A DNA stretch of 63,999 nucleotides, counting the filler, from Octopus bimaculoides (Eukaryota), in NCBI RefSeq assembly GCF_001194135.2. It is 7 parts of 6 records of this genome, joined end to end, with 100 filler letters (N's around TTAATTAATTAA, not from the genome) between each part and the next. Parts side by side here need not be neighbours in the genome. Positions count along the whole stretch, not along the records: positions 25,203 to 47,569 come from NC_068984.1; 6 more parts are not named here. One strand, given 5' to 3'. Positions 26,811 through 40,900 of this stretch are shown here, piece after piece. A model generated the notes under the pieces. It worked only from the letters and a program-made list of their open reading frames with translations, made no database searches and was not told the DNA's origin. The translations under genes and the position numbers were made by a program. The first letter of the stretch is position 1. The number at the start of each line of letters is the position of its first letter.

Positions 26811-28240
26811 CATGCATGCATGTGTGTGTGTGAGGTTACTTGTGAGGTCTCTCATGAGTGCTACTGGTAACATGGAATCCAGTACAACCTGTTGCTTACG
26901 ATTAGATCATCAGTAGTTGAACCAGCATCCCCACTTGGCTTGCCTGGTAAGGAGGGTTACAAGAAACCCATCAGGACTAAAAACAAGATCTGTCAAAAGG
27001 ACAGATGAACTTAGTGTAGGTTCAACAACTATCTAGCAATGGCACGGGTCCTCAGAAATTCTGGTTTGGTGTCTGGCATACTGCAAGACCACTGGAAATG
27101 AGGCACCTCTTAGCTTTTGCTAAAGCATGTCCCTAGAAAGTCCCTCTGATATAAAACCAGATATGCAGAGAATAGTATCGAATATTTTGGGAATCTTTTG
27201 TTTGCACTTGAAATCATGGCACTCCCACATTCCTGAGCTTGCAACCAATATTTGCACAAAACATCTTGCCCTGCCTTATCTCTAGATCATGTCAAAGGAG
27301 ATGGTTTGTGAAGCACTGTGCAAGCTTTATTGGATCTAAAAGTTTAGGTTGTGCAATTGCTGGTGAGGTGACTATTCAAAGCTGTTGAGAAGGAATGCAC
27401 CACAGGGAGCATGGAAGCTGTGGACACAAACCACAACAAACTCGGGTGAAACTGACTGCTGGTGCAATAACCTCAATCATGGGCATTGCTGGCATTTTCC
27501 ATGGGCAATGGTCAATGAAGTCTTCCTCAGTCACAAATGAACAGCTATCATATATGTATGTATGATTGTGTGCATGTTTGTATCTCCTTGCCTTGACATT
27601 GTGTGATTGTTGTACAAGCTTGACCACTAAGAAATATTACCTTGTTTGGAAACAAGCGAGGGTTTGCAACAGTAGGGCATCAGGCCACAGAAAATCAACC
27701 TCAAGAAGCTCTATCAGACTCATGCAAGCATGAAAAAGGGGATGCTAAAACAAATTGATGAAGATGAATCTAAAGAGGTTGTTTAGCATCTTGTTAGAGG
27801 TAAGAGAGACTGCAAATGTTACTAAGCATTTTGATTTGCAAGAGATGGTTAAAAATGGTGGGGAATGATCTGACAAGATAATCTGATTGAAGAATTTTAC
27901 TCAATGGACATGTGACATATACAATATACAAACATCAAGAGAAGAATTCAAGCTATATAAAGAACATGATGGTGCCATGTAAAAGACACCCAGTACACTC
28001 TGTGGAGTGGTTGGTGTTAGGAAGGGCATCCACCATAGAAACCATACCAAAGCAAACAGGAAAGCTTTGCAAAAACCTCTAGTTCCCCAGTGCCTGTCAA
28101 ACCACCCAACCCATGCCAGCATGGAAAATGGATGTTAAATAGTGATGAGGATGATGATGATCTAAAGAAATCTAGGTAACAATACATCCTTCTCTGAAAA
28201 CTACATGCTCTTAGATGGTCAATCAAGAAAAACAGCTTAC

Positions 28241-28330
28241 TTTCCATGCTTTGTTGGTTGATTCATTATCCTTGTTTTCACAACATCAGCTGGGGTACCT
28301 AATATAGCAGCTACAATTCCTGACATTACA
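28241..28330 (-). CDS. UCP4: UCP4 exon (90 nt, phase 2/2): [30 protein letters not shown]
   Basis: Acceptor gctgtttcag|T; donor GAAA|gtaagc; third carrier signature. Confidence 0.94.
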
Positions 28331-31300
28331 CTGAAACAGCATTGAAACATTTACAGCTACATGGTTTATAAGATCTTTTCTTTTGTTTTTGCTCTTTGTT
28401 GTTTTTCTTTCTATTTGCATAAATAATTTATTCCAAAATATAATCTCAAACATAAATACCAGAAAGACAGCTTTTTCTAAGCCAATGAAAAAGAAAACGT
28501 AAAATTTGAAGAAAATTGCCATTTTTAAAAAATGGTTGTAACTGATGTAAAAGGAAAGACTGTATAGACATTTTCTGAATAACCAATGGGGAAAGCATCT
28601 ACATAGTCATCTCACCTGCTAATAATAGCAGCCATATCTTCAATACTATGGATATGTGATTAGAATATCATGAGAAATAACTGCAAGACAAATTCTTCAA
28701 GCTTAGCCAACAGGCAGGAGACCTAGGGGTAGACAAAGAATGAAGTTGGTTGGACATCCATAATCTCGGTCATGCTTGGGAATCCAGCAGAAAAGTGTAA
28801 TGACAGTTGCTTCTGATAGGACCCTATAGAGGAGAGGCCTGAGAGCTCTATCTCCATAACCCTCCATGGAATAGTGGTCAGACAAGATGAGTGAATGGAC
28901 ATTGTACAAAAATAAAGATGGCGGAAGTTATAGCTGGAATGTCATGATCATCCTATTATAAATCTGCAGTCAAGGATTTAACAACAATTATGGTTGATAC
29001 AGCCACCAGTCATTCTCCGAACTCTTGACTACATGCCCTAGACTGCCATAAATAGTTCTGCTCTTTCACTCACTTTCACTTCATTTCTTAGGCCAACTTT
29101 TGATTAATAACAAATATTTCTCCTAACTAGTAAATATTATTAAAGAATGGTAAATGATGTAGAACCAAAGTTAGACCCAGCAAATAAAGTCTGTGAGTTG
29201 GATTTGAATTTCACTTGAAGCCATTTCATTTCATTTATACCATCCATTCTTAAGAATACATCATCTGTATTGAATTGATATGGAATTACAAACTCCTGTG
29301 GGTTGGTCACATTGTACATTTAAACAATCAAACAACTGCTCAAACAAGTTTTTTGAGGAGCTAACTATTGGTATGTAACTACAAAGCAAGTCCAAGAAAT
29401 GATACAAAGACCATCAAATACCCATCTTTGTAAGAGGCACACATCAACTACAAACAGTAATGTATTGATGTATAAGGCAAATCTTTTTGAGAAAAATTGT
29501 CTTTAAGGGATCAAACAGGTCATGAAAGAATTAATTACATAATTTATTGACATAGAAATCTAGTCAGTATCATCAAATGGTAAATAAATCATTTCTTTTT
29601 TTTACTTCAGAACCATCATCCAACTTAACAGTATACAGAAGATAAGCAACAATGCTACAGAATAAGAAACAAGTTTAACTTAACAGTTTAGCATTCAGAA
29701 CTCTCTATCAAATATAATGCTTATTTATTTACATTGTTTTGAGTTAATCATGCATTATCTTGTAGCTTTGAGATTTCCCTGATGTCAATGCTTATTTTTA
29801 GAATGACACTGTGAGGGGCTCAATCTGGACAGTTAGAACATAAAACAGGAAGAATATATGAGTTTAAATGCTAAAGAATTAAGCAATACTTCTTGATTAA
29901 TATTTTAATTAGCAATCAAAAGAAAATTATAATATTAACTTGTTTAGTGCTAATTACAACTCTGCTTAAAACTTCTAAAGACTAAAAAGTAATAGCTTGA
30001 TTACTAACAACAGTTAAATTATACCGAGGAAGATGTTATTGCTCTATATTTACCTTGATAAAAAGTGTGTTACAGCATTATCCTTCAATGAAGTATTCCT
30101 TAAAATGAAATGTTTGCTTGTGTCATAGGTCGCCAAATCTAACAAAAACAACACAAATAATTTTCAAAAGTAATTAATATATCTACTGTATTTTATTTAA
30201 TTTGTATTGATATATATATTGCACATCCAGAAAGAATGGTAGCCTCGATAACGTGTGACATCATTTTCTAAATAATGCTCATCTGTTATGTTCGGGTTAA
30301 AATTTCATCAACATCAAAAATATATGAATTTTCATGGGAGTTATGGCCGTTATGCAAAGAATATAATTTCCAAATTTCATAGAGATCCATTCAGTACTTT
30401 TGACGTAGTTTTGGATAAGAAAACAAATGACTAATGTGTGTGTTTGTGTGCATGTGTATGTGTGTGTGATGGGTGTATATATGTATAGATATCTGTATGC
30501 ATGTATATATGTATATATGTGTACATATTACATGTACATCTATATATATATATACATCTACACATATGTATACATATACATCTCTCTCTCTCTCTCTCTC
30601 TGTGAAAGTATCTGTCACTACAGTATCGAAATGTGATTGTTTCAGTTAGTGGAATAGTTTCATTTTTAAAGTGAAAGTATTTGACATGAGTGTTTTTGTT
30701 TCACTTTTGACACGTAATACTTAAATAGTGGAGGAGATATTATGTTGCCGTGTGCTCGAACTCTGCAAGAAGTTAATAATTTTTTTTGACTAAAACACAA
30801 CTGGAACCCTAAGTAAGGCATGTGTAAAATTTGAATGAAATTGGTTGCGTAGTTCTCGAGTTTTAGGGATTCACACAGACAGACAGACAGACAGACAGAC
30901 ACACATTCTCATTTTTATATATATAGATAATTGCATTTAAAGAACAGAAGTATTTGATAAATAATCTATTTCAATTTTCACATTTGTCTTAGATATAATA
31001 TCTCTACAAGAAACTTCTATTTTATTTTTTCTGAAGTAAATATGCTCACCATATCTGGCTTGCCTTTGTTATTCTGGCAGCATGATAAAAAAAAAGTAAG
31101 TATGCTATGTTTCTCAAATAAATTCCCTTTTAAAACAATAAATAACTATCTTTTAAGACTGTTTTTCACATTATTTTGCCTAGAATATTTCAAAATTTGG
31201 TGCTCTGAGAATTCAACCTTTCAAGCTTTCAGCGTTTTGATTTTTCATTTCATTTGAAATTTGGACTTCTTGTGTTCAGTCATTTAGAATACTTTAGAAT

Positions 31301-34300
31301 ACATTCAGCAGCCACTTAGAATACTGCACATAATAGTAATTACAAACAGTGTCAAAAGAGGTAGATTACAAAGTGGATAAGATACTAGACTCAGATCATG
31401 AGATTCTATAACATTTTAAGTATAATAGTATGTTCTGAGATATTTAACAATATAATTAACTTGACTTTATTTTACAAGAAATTGAACACCATGAGTAGAG
31501 AAGGAGATTGTTGGTAGGACACCAGATTAATTCAGAAATGATAAATTGTTCAGAATGTCAATTTCAAATCTAAATTTAGTTTTTCATTGCCTCTATCTCA
31601 ATATAAGCAACAGTTTAGTAGAATAATTTGTTAGTAGATAAACTATATCTAATGCATTTAATATGTCAGTTAGCCCCAAATGTTCACAACAGTGGATAAG
31701 ATTGTTGAGTAAACTCTTTCCAGTTATTGCTGTCTTTGATCAAATTTCTTGAAGATTCTATTGCCCTGCCCCACCTACCTGTCTTTGTCACCCCTTATTT
31801 ATCACCCAACTTTTCTCCTATCATTTTATCTCCCTCTCATCACACCAACTATATATCAAGGGATGGTATTAAATCTGTTTATATTCAAACATCCTTAGCA
31901 TCATCTCTCTTTATGATTAGCCAACAAACACTCTCTCTCTCTCTTGTACTATCACCTATCGTTATTGCTACCCATCACTCTCACTTCCATTACCTCATTT
32001 CTATCCCCTGTCTACTTCTTGTTACTCCTTCTTCCCCCATCCCATTGCCTCTGCTTTTTTTCTACTCAATCTATTTACCAACAACCAATATATAGCTGTC
32101 TACCACTGCTTCTCTTCTATTACTTCCTTTTCTATCACACTTATTCTCCTATTGCTATTTCTCCTATCTTACTCTCTTTTCTATCACCATCTCATCCTGA
32201 TTCTCTTTCTTTCATCACTCACTTTTATTTATCCTCTTGGTCATAATGTTTTGAGTAGAATAGAGAGAAGTCTTTAGTCTTGTCAAAGACAAGGCAACTC
32301 CTTTAATGTTGGTACCATGACAAAATGTAGAATGGTTGAAATTAGAAAGGCCATAGAAACCATGCCATGAATTGAAGCATACAAGTAAGATGTGGCCCCT
32401 AATACATCAAAAAGAGCAGTAATGCCAAATAAGGACTGATTTGGACTGTGACGACCTGTCAAATCCGTAGTAGCATAGAAAAGTAGATGTAAAACGATGT
32501 TTATAATGATGACAATAGTACATAAAATCAGAAGAGACAAAAACTGAAATGTAGTGTTTACTACTGAATTTGTGAATTCTTTGATGTACCTCTTAATCTT
32601 CTTATCATTAAATTAAATTATAGCTAACAAGATTTTACTGGATTTCTATTTGAAATCAAAGCTATCTGCAGTAAAAATACAATAAGCCCTAAGTGAGATG
32701 TCTATTCATCCATTTAGAACATTTTACATGAAGGAATACTCTCACACAGAAATCTATTTTATTTTCTATGCTATTGTTTCTTTTGAAACTTTGTTAAAAA
32801 CAAAGAAAAGAAAAGAAAGAATCCATTTACTCTGAAAATATTGGTCTCACATTTTGACTCAAGGCCTGCAAGTTCAAAGGAGAGGCTATGTCAATTCCAT
32901 CAACCTCAGTGCCCAACTTATTTCATCGACTCCAAAAGAAAGAAAGGCAAAGTCGACCTCAGTAGAATTTGAACTCAGAGAACATAAAGGTAGCTGAAAT
33001 GCTGCTAAACATTTTGCCTTGCATGCTATCAATTCTGCCAGTGTACATCAATTTCAAATTTTGGCACAAGGCTAGCAATTTGGGGGCGGGAGTAAATCAA
33101 TAACATCAACCTCAGTGTTTAACTGGTACTTATTTTATCAATCACAAAAGGATAACAGGCAAAGTTAGAATTTGCACTTAGAATGTGAAATTAGGAAAAT
33201 GCTTAGCAGCATTTTGCCCAGCATGCTAACAATTCTGCCAGCTCAAAATATTAGTAACTAATAACATAAAGTATTTAACACAAACTTTGAAATGCCCCTT
33301 TAAGATTCTGAGAAAATTTACAACTAGTTTCAATGAATGATAGTTTTCATGTTTTGAAAAATAAATCTCTATTAAATTCACAGTGCAAAATTCTGCATAT
33401 TTTGGAGGAGCATACTGGCTTGATTCAGTAGGTTCCATTGAATCTTGTGGTATGCAATTATATTACATTTATAACTGCTTTGATTTTTATCTAAAGAATT
33501 CAAGATTTATTTTCTGCTTGACAGAAGTTTTTTAAAAAATCAAAGAGATAATATGTATGTAGATTAAATCTCACCAATTGACACAATTTAAATTAGTTCT
33601 CACTCCACTAACAATTCATTTTCTACATTCGTACATACACTTTTCTACTAAGAGACTAATAGCTTAACCACTAAGCAATGCAACACCTCAGCAATGAATT
33701 AAATTGTGTCAAAGAACAGTATTGTACCTCCCATGTTGACTAAACCAGCTCGTTGTACATTTGGGATCCAGCCTTTCCACAATCCACGCACACCTCCCTC
33801 AGCAGTTATTTTACAAAATGCATCATACATACTTTTTACTCTGCAATTATAAAAGTCATGTTACAATTTATTCAACAAACTAGCATGAAAAACAAAACAA
33901 AAAATAGAAACAATAATTATAATAAATTTCTGCAAAAAAAAAAAAAGGTTATATCAAACAATGAAATATAAAAAAAAAACATAGTTAAAGTAAAATCTCA
34001 CCTGACTGGATTTCCCAAGAGCCTATTTTTGCCTTCCATTTGCATCTGTACTTTAATAAGATCAGTAGGACTAGCAACAAACTGTCCTAACATACCTGCT
34101 GTTAATCCACAACAAGCAGCTTTCCTAAGGAAAGAAAGCAACAACAATAATAATTATGATATTACTTTTATTGGGCACAAGGACCCAAGATGCTGGGGAC
34201 AGTACAAAGGTGAAATACTAAAGTAAGCAAGTAACAATGGGTGATTTACATTGAGTGAAAATGTGAAATCAAAAATAATAAACAGATAATAAATAACAAT

Positions 34301-36794
34301 AGTAGCATAGAAACACCAAGAAAGAAGCTAAAATGGGGAAAATCACTTTGGATGTGAAGAAACCTGAAACTCAAAGGGGATTAGATTCCACATTTTGCCA
34401 CATACAAATTTCGAGTCACAATTCAATCATGGTTTGGTCATGTGCAAATCTGAGAGCTTATCCAATCAATGGCTTTTGTTTGCATGATAGTTCTTTAGCC
34501 TGTCTGGAACTTTCCATGAAAGTGGAAAGTGCAGTCTTTGTCATATGGAAAGATGGCTCATTAGTTATATAATAACACGAAATTAGTTACCCGATAGTAA
34601 GAATTGAAATAAAGTAGCCCTGAAAAGGCTTTTAATGCATTCCCAGAGTATATAGAATTTAGGAGGAAATACTAATATGGTATGTATACTAAAACAGTGA
34701 AGCGTATTATGTAATAACATGTTAATCAGATATGAGATAATAACAATTCAAAGTAAATAACTCTGAAAAGGGCTTTTGTGCATCCCCAGAGTATATTATC
34801 CTCATCAGCACTAGTGTTGGTATATTTGTGAATGAGTTACTAACCGAAATAAGTGGATCTATTGTTTAGGAAAATACTATTTACTTTCTTAAGGGCTGTA
34901 CTGGGTAAATTGCAAAAGTAACTCTAACAGTTCAAATACTAATAAATAACCATACTCAATTTGATTTATACCAACTGATTTAGGAAAATGAATGGGTTAT
35001 TTCTCTTAGATGTTAAAATGAAATATATTAGATATATATAAGGATCACTTCCAGGGGCCCAATTATCGATTTTTCAACAATCTGAGTATCCCATGAGGTT
35101 TCACATCCTCACAACTTAGCAGTTTGGTAAAAAAAAAAGACAAACAGAATAGGTATCAAATTTTAAAACAACAAGTACTGGGGTCAATTTGTTCAACTAA
35201 ACCAGGGGTGGGGTAACTTTTTAGTTGTGGGCAAAAATTTCCGAAGTAAAAGGTCTGCGAGCAGATCACAAGTGCTAACTCTTATATCTGTGTAGATTTT
35301 GTATATATCTATGTATAATTCAATATACATTAATAAAGATAAGCTTAACACACTGAATTAACAAGTAACATCTTCATTAATGTCGCCACTGAATTTAAGA
35401 CATTTATATTACTTATGAGGTATTCTATATTTTTCAGCTAGAGGGTAGTTGGATCTCAAGGGAGTGGTACAATCCTAGCAATGTGTTTTATAGTGAAAAC
35501 AAAATTTCCATTCAAATGGCAATTTTCTGTTCGAGTCTAGTCGTTTTAAGTAGTAGTTGAAACACGACCTATGTCGCAAATACGCATACAAATATTGTAT
35601 AACTTTTATAATTGAAAAATTTACTATATTTTGTATATACGAGTATATGAGCCTGCGTGTGCAATAAAATGGGCTTGCAGGCACAATTGCACCCATGGGT
35701 GGGGGTTTCCCAACCCCTGGACTAAACCCTTCAAGGCAGTGCCCCAGGATGGCTGCAGTCCAGTGACTGAAACAAGTAAAAGATAAAAGATAAGTTGTAT
35801 CCAACTCACATTACTAGCATTTGATAAAACTCCTCTAAAACATTCTTTCTCCACTTCACTAATTCTACCAATTTTAACCTTTACTATCCAGATTATTCTT
35901 TCAAATGCAATGTTTACTTATTCACACTGTTTTGAATTAATCCTGCATTTGAAATTTTGATGATGTGATAGTTTATTTTTAAATGACATTGGAGGATATG
36001 AGCACTCCGTTGGTTACGACAACGAGGGTCCCAGCTGATACAATCAACGGAACAGCCTGCTCATGAAATTAATATGCAAATGACAGCGCAATCCACAGGC
36101 ACATGTACCCCTAACGTAGTTCTCAGGGAGACTCAGTGTGACACATAGCGTGACAAGGCCGGCCCTTTGAAATACAGATACTACTCATTTTTGCCAGCTG
36201 AGTGGACTGGAGCAACGTGAAATAAAGTGTCTTGCTCAAGGACACAACGTGTCACCGTGAATCGAACTCACGACCTTACAATCGTGAGCCAAATGCCCTA
36301 ACCACTAAGCCATGCACCCTCACATTGAAGGATAGAAGTGAGAGAAAGGATCTGGTGCTTTTAAAAATAAATCCTGTAAAATATTTGGGCAAGATATAAT
36401 CTATTTAAATGCAAAGGGGCTAAATATATCCACTCAAAATGAAGAATTTTAGTTACCATACAGGAAGCACTCCATCAGGATTTTTATGGAAGACATTGTC
36501 TCTGAGAATTTCATAGAAAGTCATTCGACATCCAGTATAAACTAAAAGAGAAAATATAATGACTTAATATATTAAAATCAGTCGTCAGATAATGGAAGAA
36601 TTGTGAGTCTTCTGAGTGAGAAAGTGGTTAATGGTAATTTTTAAATATTAATTATTTTAAACGTGTTTCGAATATCAATATATAAAGTCTGGATCATCCT
36701 AGGAAATTTAATCTTGCAAATATGGAAATATTAAAAATCCTTAACAAAAGCATACAAAACAGCAGCATAGTGTTACTAGATACAATACATGCAT

Positions 36795-36829
<35 letters not shown>

Positions 36830-37930
36830 CAATTTCATAAACATACATACATATACCTAGATATTACTATGAACAGTACTAAGTGAATTCTTGTTTGCAT
36901 TTATTTTAAGTTTATGCTTTCTCTATGCTTTTATGTGTGTGCATCTGCGTATATATGTGTATATATATACATATATGTACATGTGTATATATAAATATAT
37001 AAAGCATGCATGTGTGTGTGTGTGTGTGTGTGCATGTATACGTATGCATTCCCGCCTAACCCTTTTCACCGGTTGGTGGCTATCCAACCGTAGCTGAGCC
37101 TAGATGGTTTAAAACAATAGTTGTCCAATTAGATGAGAGGAATTAGCAGTAAAAATAACCCCTCCCCAAATAGCAGCAGAATTCTTAATACCCACTACTA
37201 GAAGGACTTTATCTTCTCCATAGGAAAAGATAATGGAGTACCTCATCACAAAGTTCAAAAAGTTGGCATATTATTATTATTATCATTGTTGCTGTTGTTG
37301 TTACTATTATTATTATTATTATTATCGTATCAACAACTCCTCAAGAAATAATTTCCACATAGACCCCTCCACCACATGCAGAACTGACACGCACGCACCC
37401 AACAAATTTTAACATATAAACAGCTGTCCAAACGTAATGAATAACGTTCATACCAGGGGTCATGTATGTATGGGAATATTTATATATACATATATGTATG
37501 TATGTACGTATGTGTGAAGGGATAGATATATATGTGCATGTCCCCCTCACATGTGGTGACAGTGACAATTGACCATTTTGGTGTGCATGTGCAGCCATTT
37601 GTGTATGTGCATCTGGGCACACATATGCACTCATCTATCTATGCTTTTGTATCCATATATATCTATGTATGGTTATGTATACATGCATAGGCATGTATAT
37701 TGGAGTTTTTAGAATCTTCTAAGCATGACAGCTGTCTTGTGTATGAGTAAATTACTGTAAAAATTTGGTATATTTTTAATTCCATGTTACACATGTTTTA
37801 TGACATTTTTTCTACTTGTATACCTTAGTAACTTCTGTCCTGTAATGAAACACATATAAAACACAGTATGTGTGTGTGTGTGTGTGTATACTCGTGTATG
37901 TATAGGTATGTCTATAAATATATACACATG

Positions 37931-37979
<49 letters not shown>

Positions 37980-40900
37980 NNNNNNNNNNACATGTGTATA
38001 TATATATATACATACATGTGTATATATATATATATATATAGACATACCTATACATACATACATATATATATACTTGTGTATGTATGTATGTCTATATATA
38101 TATATATATATATGAAAGAGAGTTTGTATTGTGTGTGTGTATGTTCCTTATGCATTACAAACCGATTTTGACGTATGGGGCATCAAAAGATTCAGTAAAC
38201 TTTTGGCTACTAACTAAACTATATTTTCATTCACATATTTGCATTACAAAAATTTAACATTGTCATTTTTCTTTTAGTCACCTATCATAAACGACATTTT
38301 ATATCACCACCACAACAACGATGATGTCGTATTTTTCATATGAGAGTGTTCGTGCATTTGTTACCTACATTAAGCCAATGACTGACAAGTATGTGTATAT
38401 GTGTCTGTCAGTATACATACATTTTTGTGACAACCGACATACACAGGGACAGAGATAGGCTTCAGGTGTGCATTAATGTGTGTGTGTGTGTGTGTGTGTG
38501 TTGATTACTTTATGTAACTTTCTCCCACCCAACAGTGAAATGTGCCGATATTGAAAGTTTAGTTGCAGCCTGAAATTTAAACGAACAATGTTCACTTTGA
38601 AGTACTACCAACATGAAGATTTGACTGATTTAACACCACACACAATACTCACAAATATATCTGAAGAAAAATTTTATTCTAGTTATAATAACAAATTCGG
38701 AAACTTGGTGAAGTAGAAAGCCTCGGTGGCTCTTTCAATATAATTACAGAAATGTTATTCCACTCCTTCTAACCAGTTTCAAGATTATGTTTTTTTAACA
38801 GTCCTTGTATTTTTCATCATTGATACTGTGAGTTTCAATGTCACACAACCTTTTTACTGTGTTAGTCAGTATTTATTTTACAGCCTATAACATTACAAAG
38901 TTAAAAAATATGTAGTAATTTCAAATTAATTTATATCTTGCTACATACATCCTTCAGCAAATATTTTAAATTAACGTTACAACAGCATCTTCCTTTCTAT
39001 ACACTTGGTTCAGCGTTTGTTTCAAAATTGTAAAATGAATTATTTTTGTTTGAAAAATTGAATTATGCCTTCTAAATTTTCTTGGACTTTCACTTTCTTC
39101 ACCGTGATATTCAATCATGAATTTTATAACATTTAGTACATGTTCCAAATAAATGTTGACTTTCTGTACTTTGTTACATTGGCGACGCATAGTAACTTTT
39201 GTTAAATTGGGGACTTTCCATTTTATTATAGCATAACTATGCTACAGAAAGTATGTTTTGCACTTATATTGACTACATTTCGTTTCACTTGAACTTCGTA
39301 TGTGTAAATTTTGCTGTTTTTAATATTATCAATTCTATGAGTGTGTTTCTGCGTTCCTTATGTCTATAGTAAACTATAGTAAAGAACATTTTACACTGTT
39401 TTAATGAGCCTATATCTAATGAAGTAGCCATCTTGATGGTTGCTGATCCCCACGAAAATCATGATATTCTCATTTATGCTCGAGATAACAACCTTAAATA
39501 TGTTTCACAGACTCATCCCTCTTATCATGCTCTCTAGTATACTCTTATTCCGTGGGATGGACAAGATGGGTATTATTTCAATATTCCACAGATTGAACCT
39601 GCAACAGGATAGCCAATTACAAACAAAAAGATGTCATCAAATGACTTCTATTCTTACCAATTGCTGTTAAGACCAGAACAATCAAATCAATTACACATGT
39701 CAAATAAACTATTTTCATTTACATATTTTCGACATTATCTCAACAACCAGCTATAGTTATTTCAAATAATCTTCTCTACAATGACCAGGTTGCATTAGAA
39801 AATGAAAATTATTTCACACTTTCAATTTGAACCAAAATCACAAAGTGTTGCATTACGAGAGTGACAATGAGTGAATAATGAAAGTAATGTTTCTCCGAAT
39901 TAGTCACATCTGTATTATAATAGAGAAACTTGCTTATTATCTATCTACCAAATAAACTATGTTTTTGACTCAACAACTCTTTTGTACAACTAAAATAACC
40001 TCAGCAACTACATTGGGTCGCACAATTTTCAGGTCATATTTGGAAAATATTTCAATTTGCTTCCAATGTTTCACTTTCGTCTGATGTTTCACACATGCAA
40101 AGAATTCTACTGAGACAAACATTTATGAAAATGTACACAAATATTGTACTAAAATAAGCCACAACCAAATAAATTGTATTAAAAGACATTTATTTTTCTA
40201 TATGTTATGAGGAAATACAGTCACACACACACACACACTCTCTCTCTTTCACAAACAAAAATAATGTATGCATATGTTTTTGTGGGCGAAGGTAAAGAAT
40301 ACGCACTCCCGGTGTTTAGGGTTAGGGTTACGCCAACAACCGGTGGTGTGCATATTCTTTGCCTCCGCTATGTACATGTGTATAAAAGATAATGTGTGTG
40401 TGTGTGTGTGCGTATCTGGAAAACAGGTGAGGGTAGCAAAAAGAAGAGTCTCTAACCATAAAATTTTGCCTCATATAACTCACCATGTAACCCATGCTAG
40501 CAGGGAAAATGAACATGTTTTGGTTTCATTTTTAAAACTTCCCACTAATAGGGAAACAGCCAGTCTCGAACACAAAAACAAGGCACTTTTTTTTAAATTT
40601 AGACCATTGATCTCCATATCATTCATTCAATAACATACATGATCATTTTTAAGTACCTTGTGATAATAAAAATATCAATTTATAATTGAATATAGAAGCT
40701 AAAAGTTTTGAAACAACTGTTCATAGTTACCTTCTTTCTCTTTGATTTTTGAAGAAATATTCACATAAGCAGTGTAACTAACCTCTGTCACAATACATAC
40801 TTTTTCTTGTTTGTTCCAAACAATGATATCCTGCCTGTTATGTCAGCACTTCGTAGAAATTTTCATAGGAATGTTCCACCAATATTCTCTGTGTTGATAT

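Noticed and set aside
32283-32540. Hydrophobic 85-aa ORF in a UCP4 intron
   Set aside because: No homology recognised; hydrophobic bias is expected from AT-rich non-coding DNA.
40316-40332. Telomeric TTAGGG repeats
   Set aside because: Only two to three units; not an interstitial telomere array.
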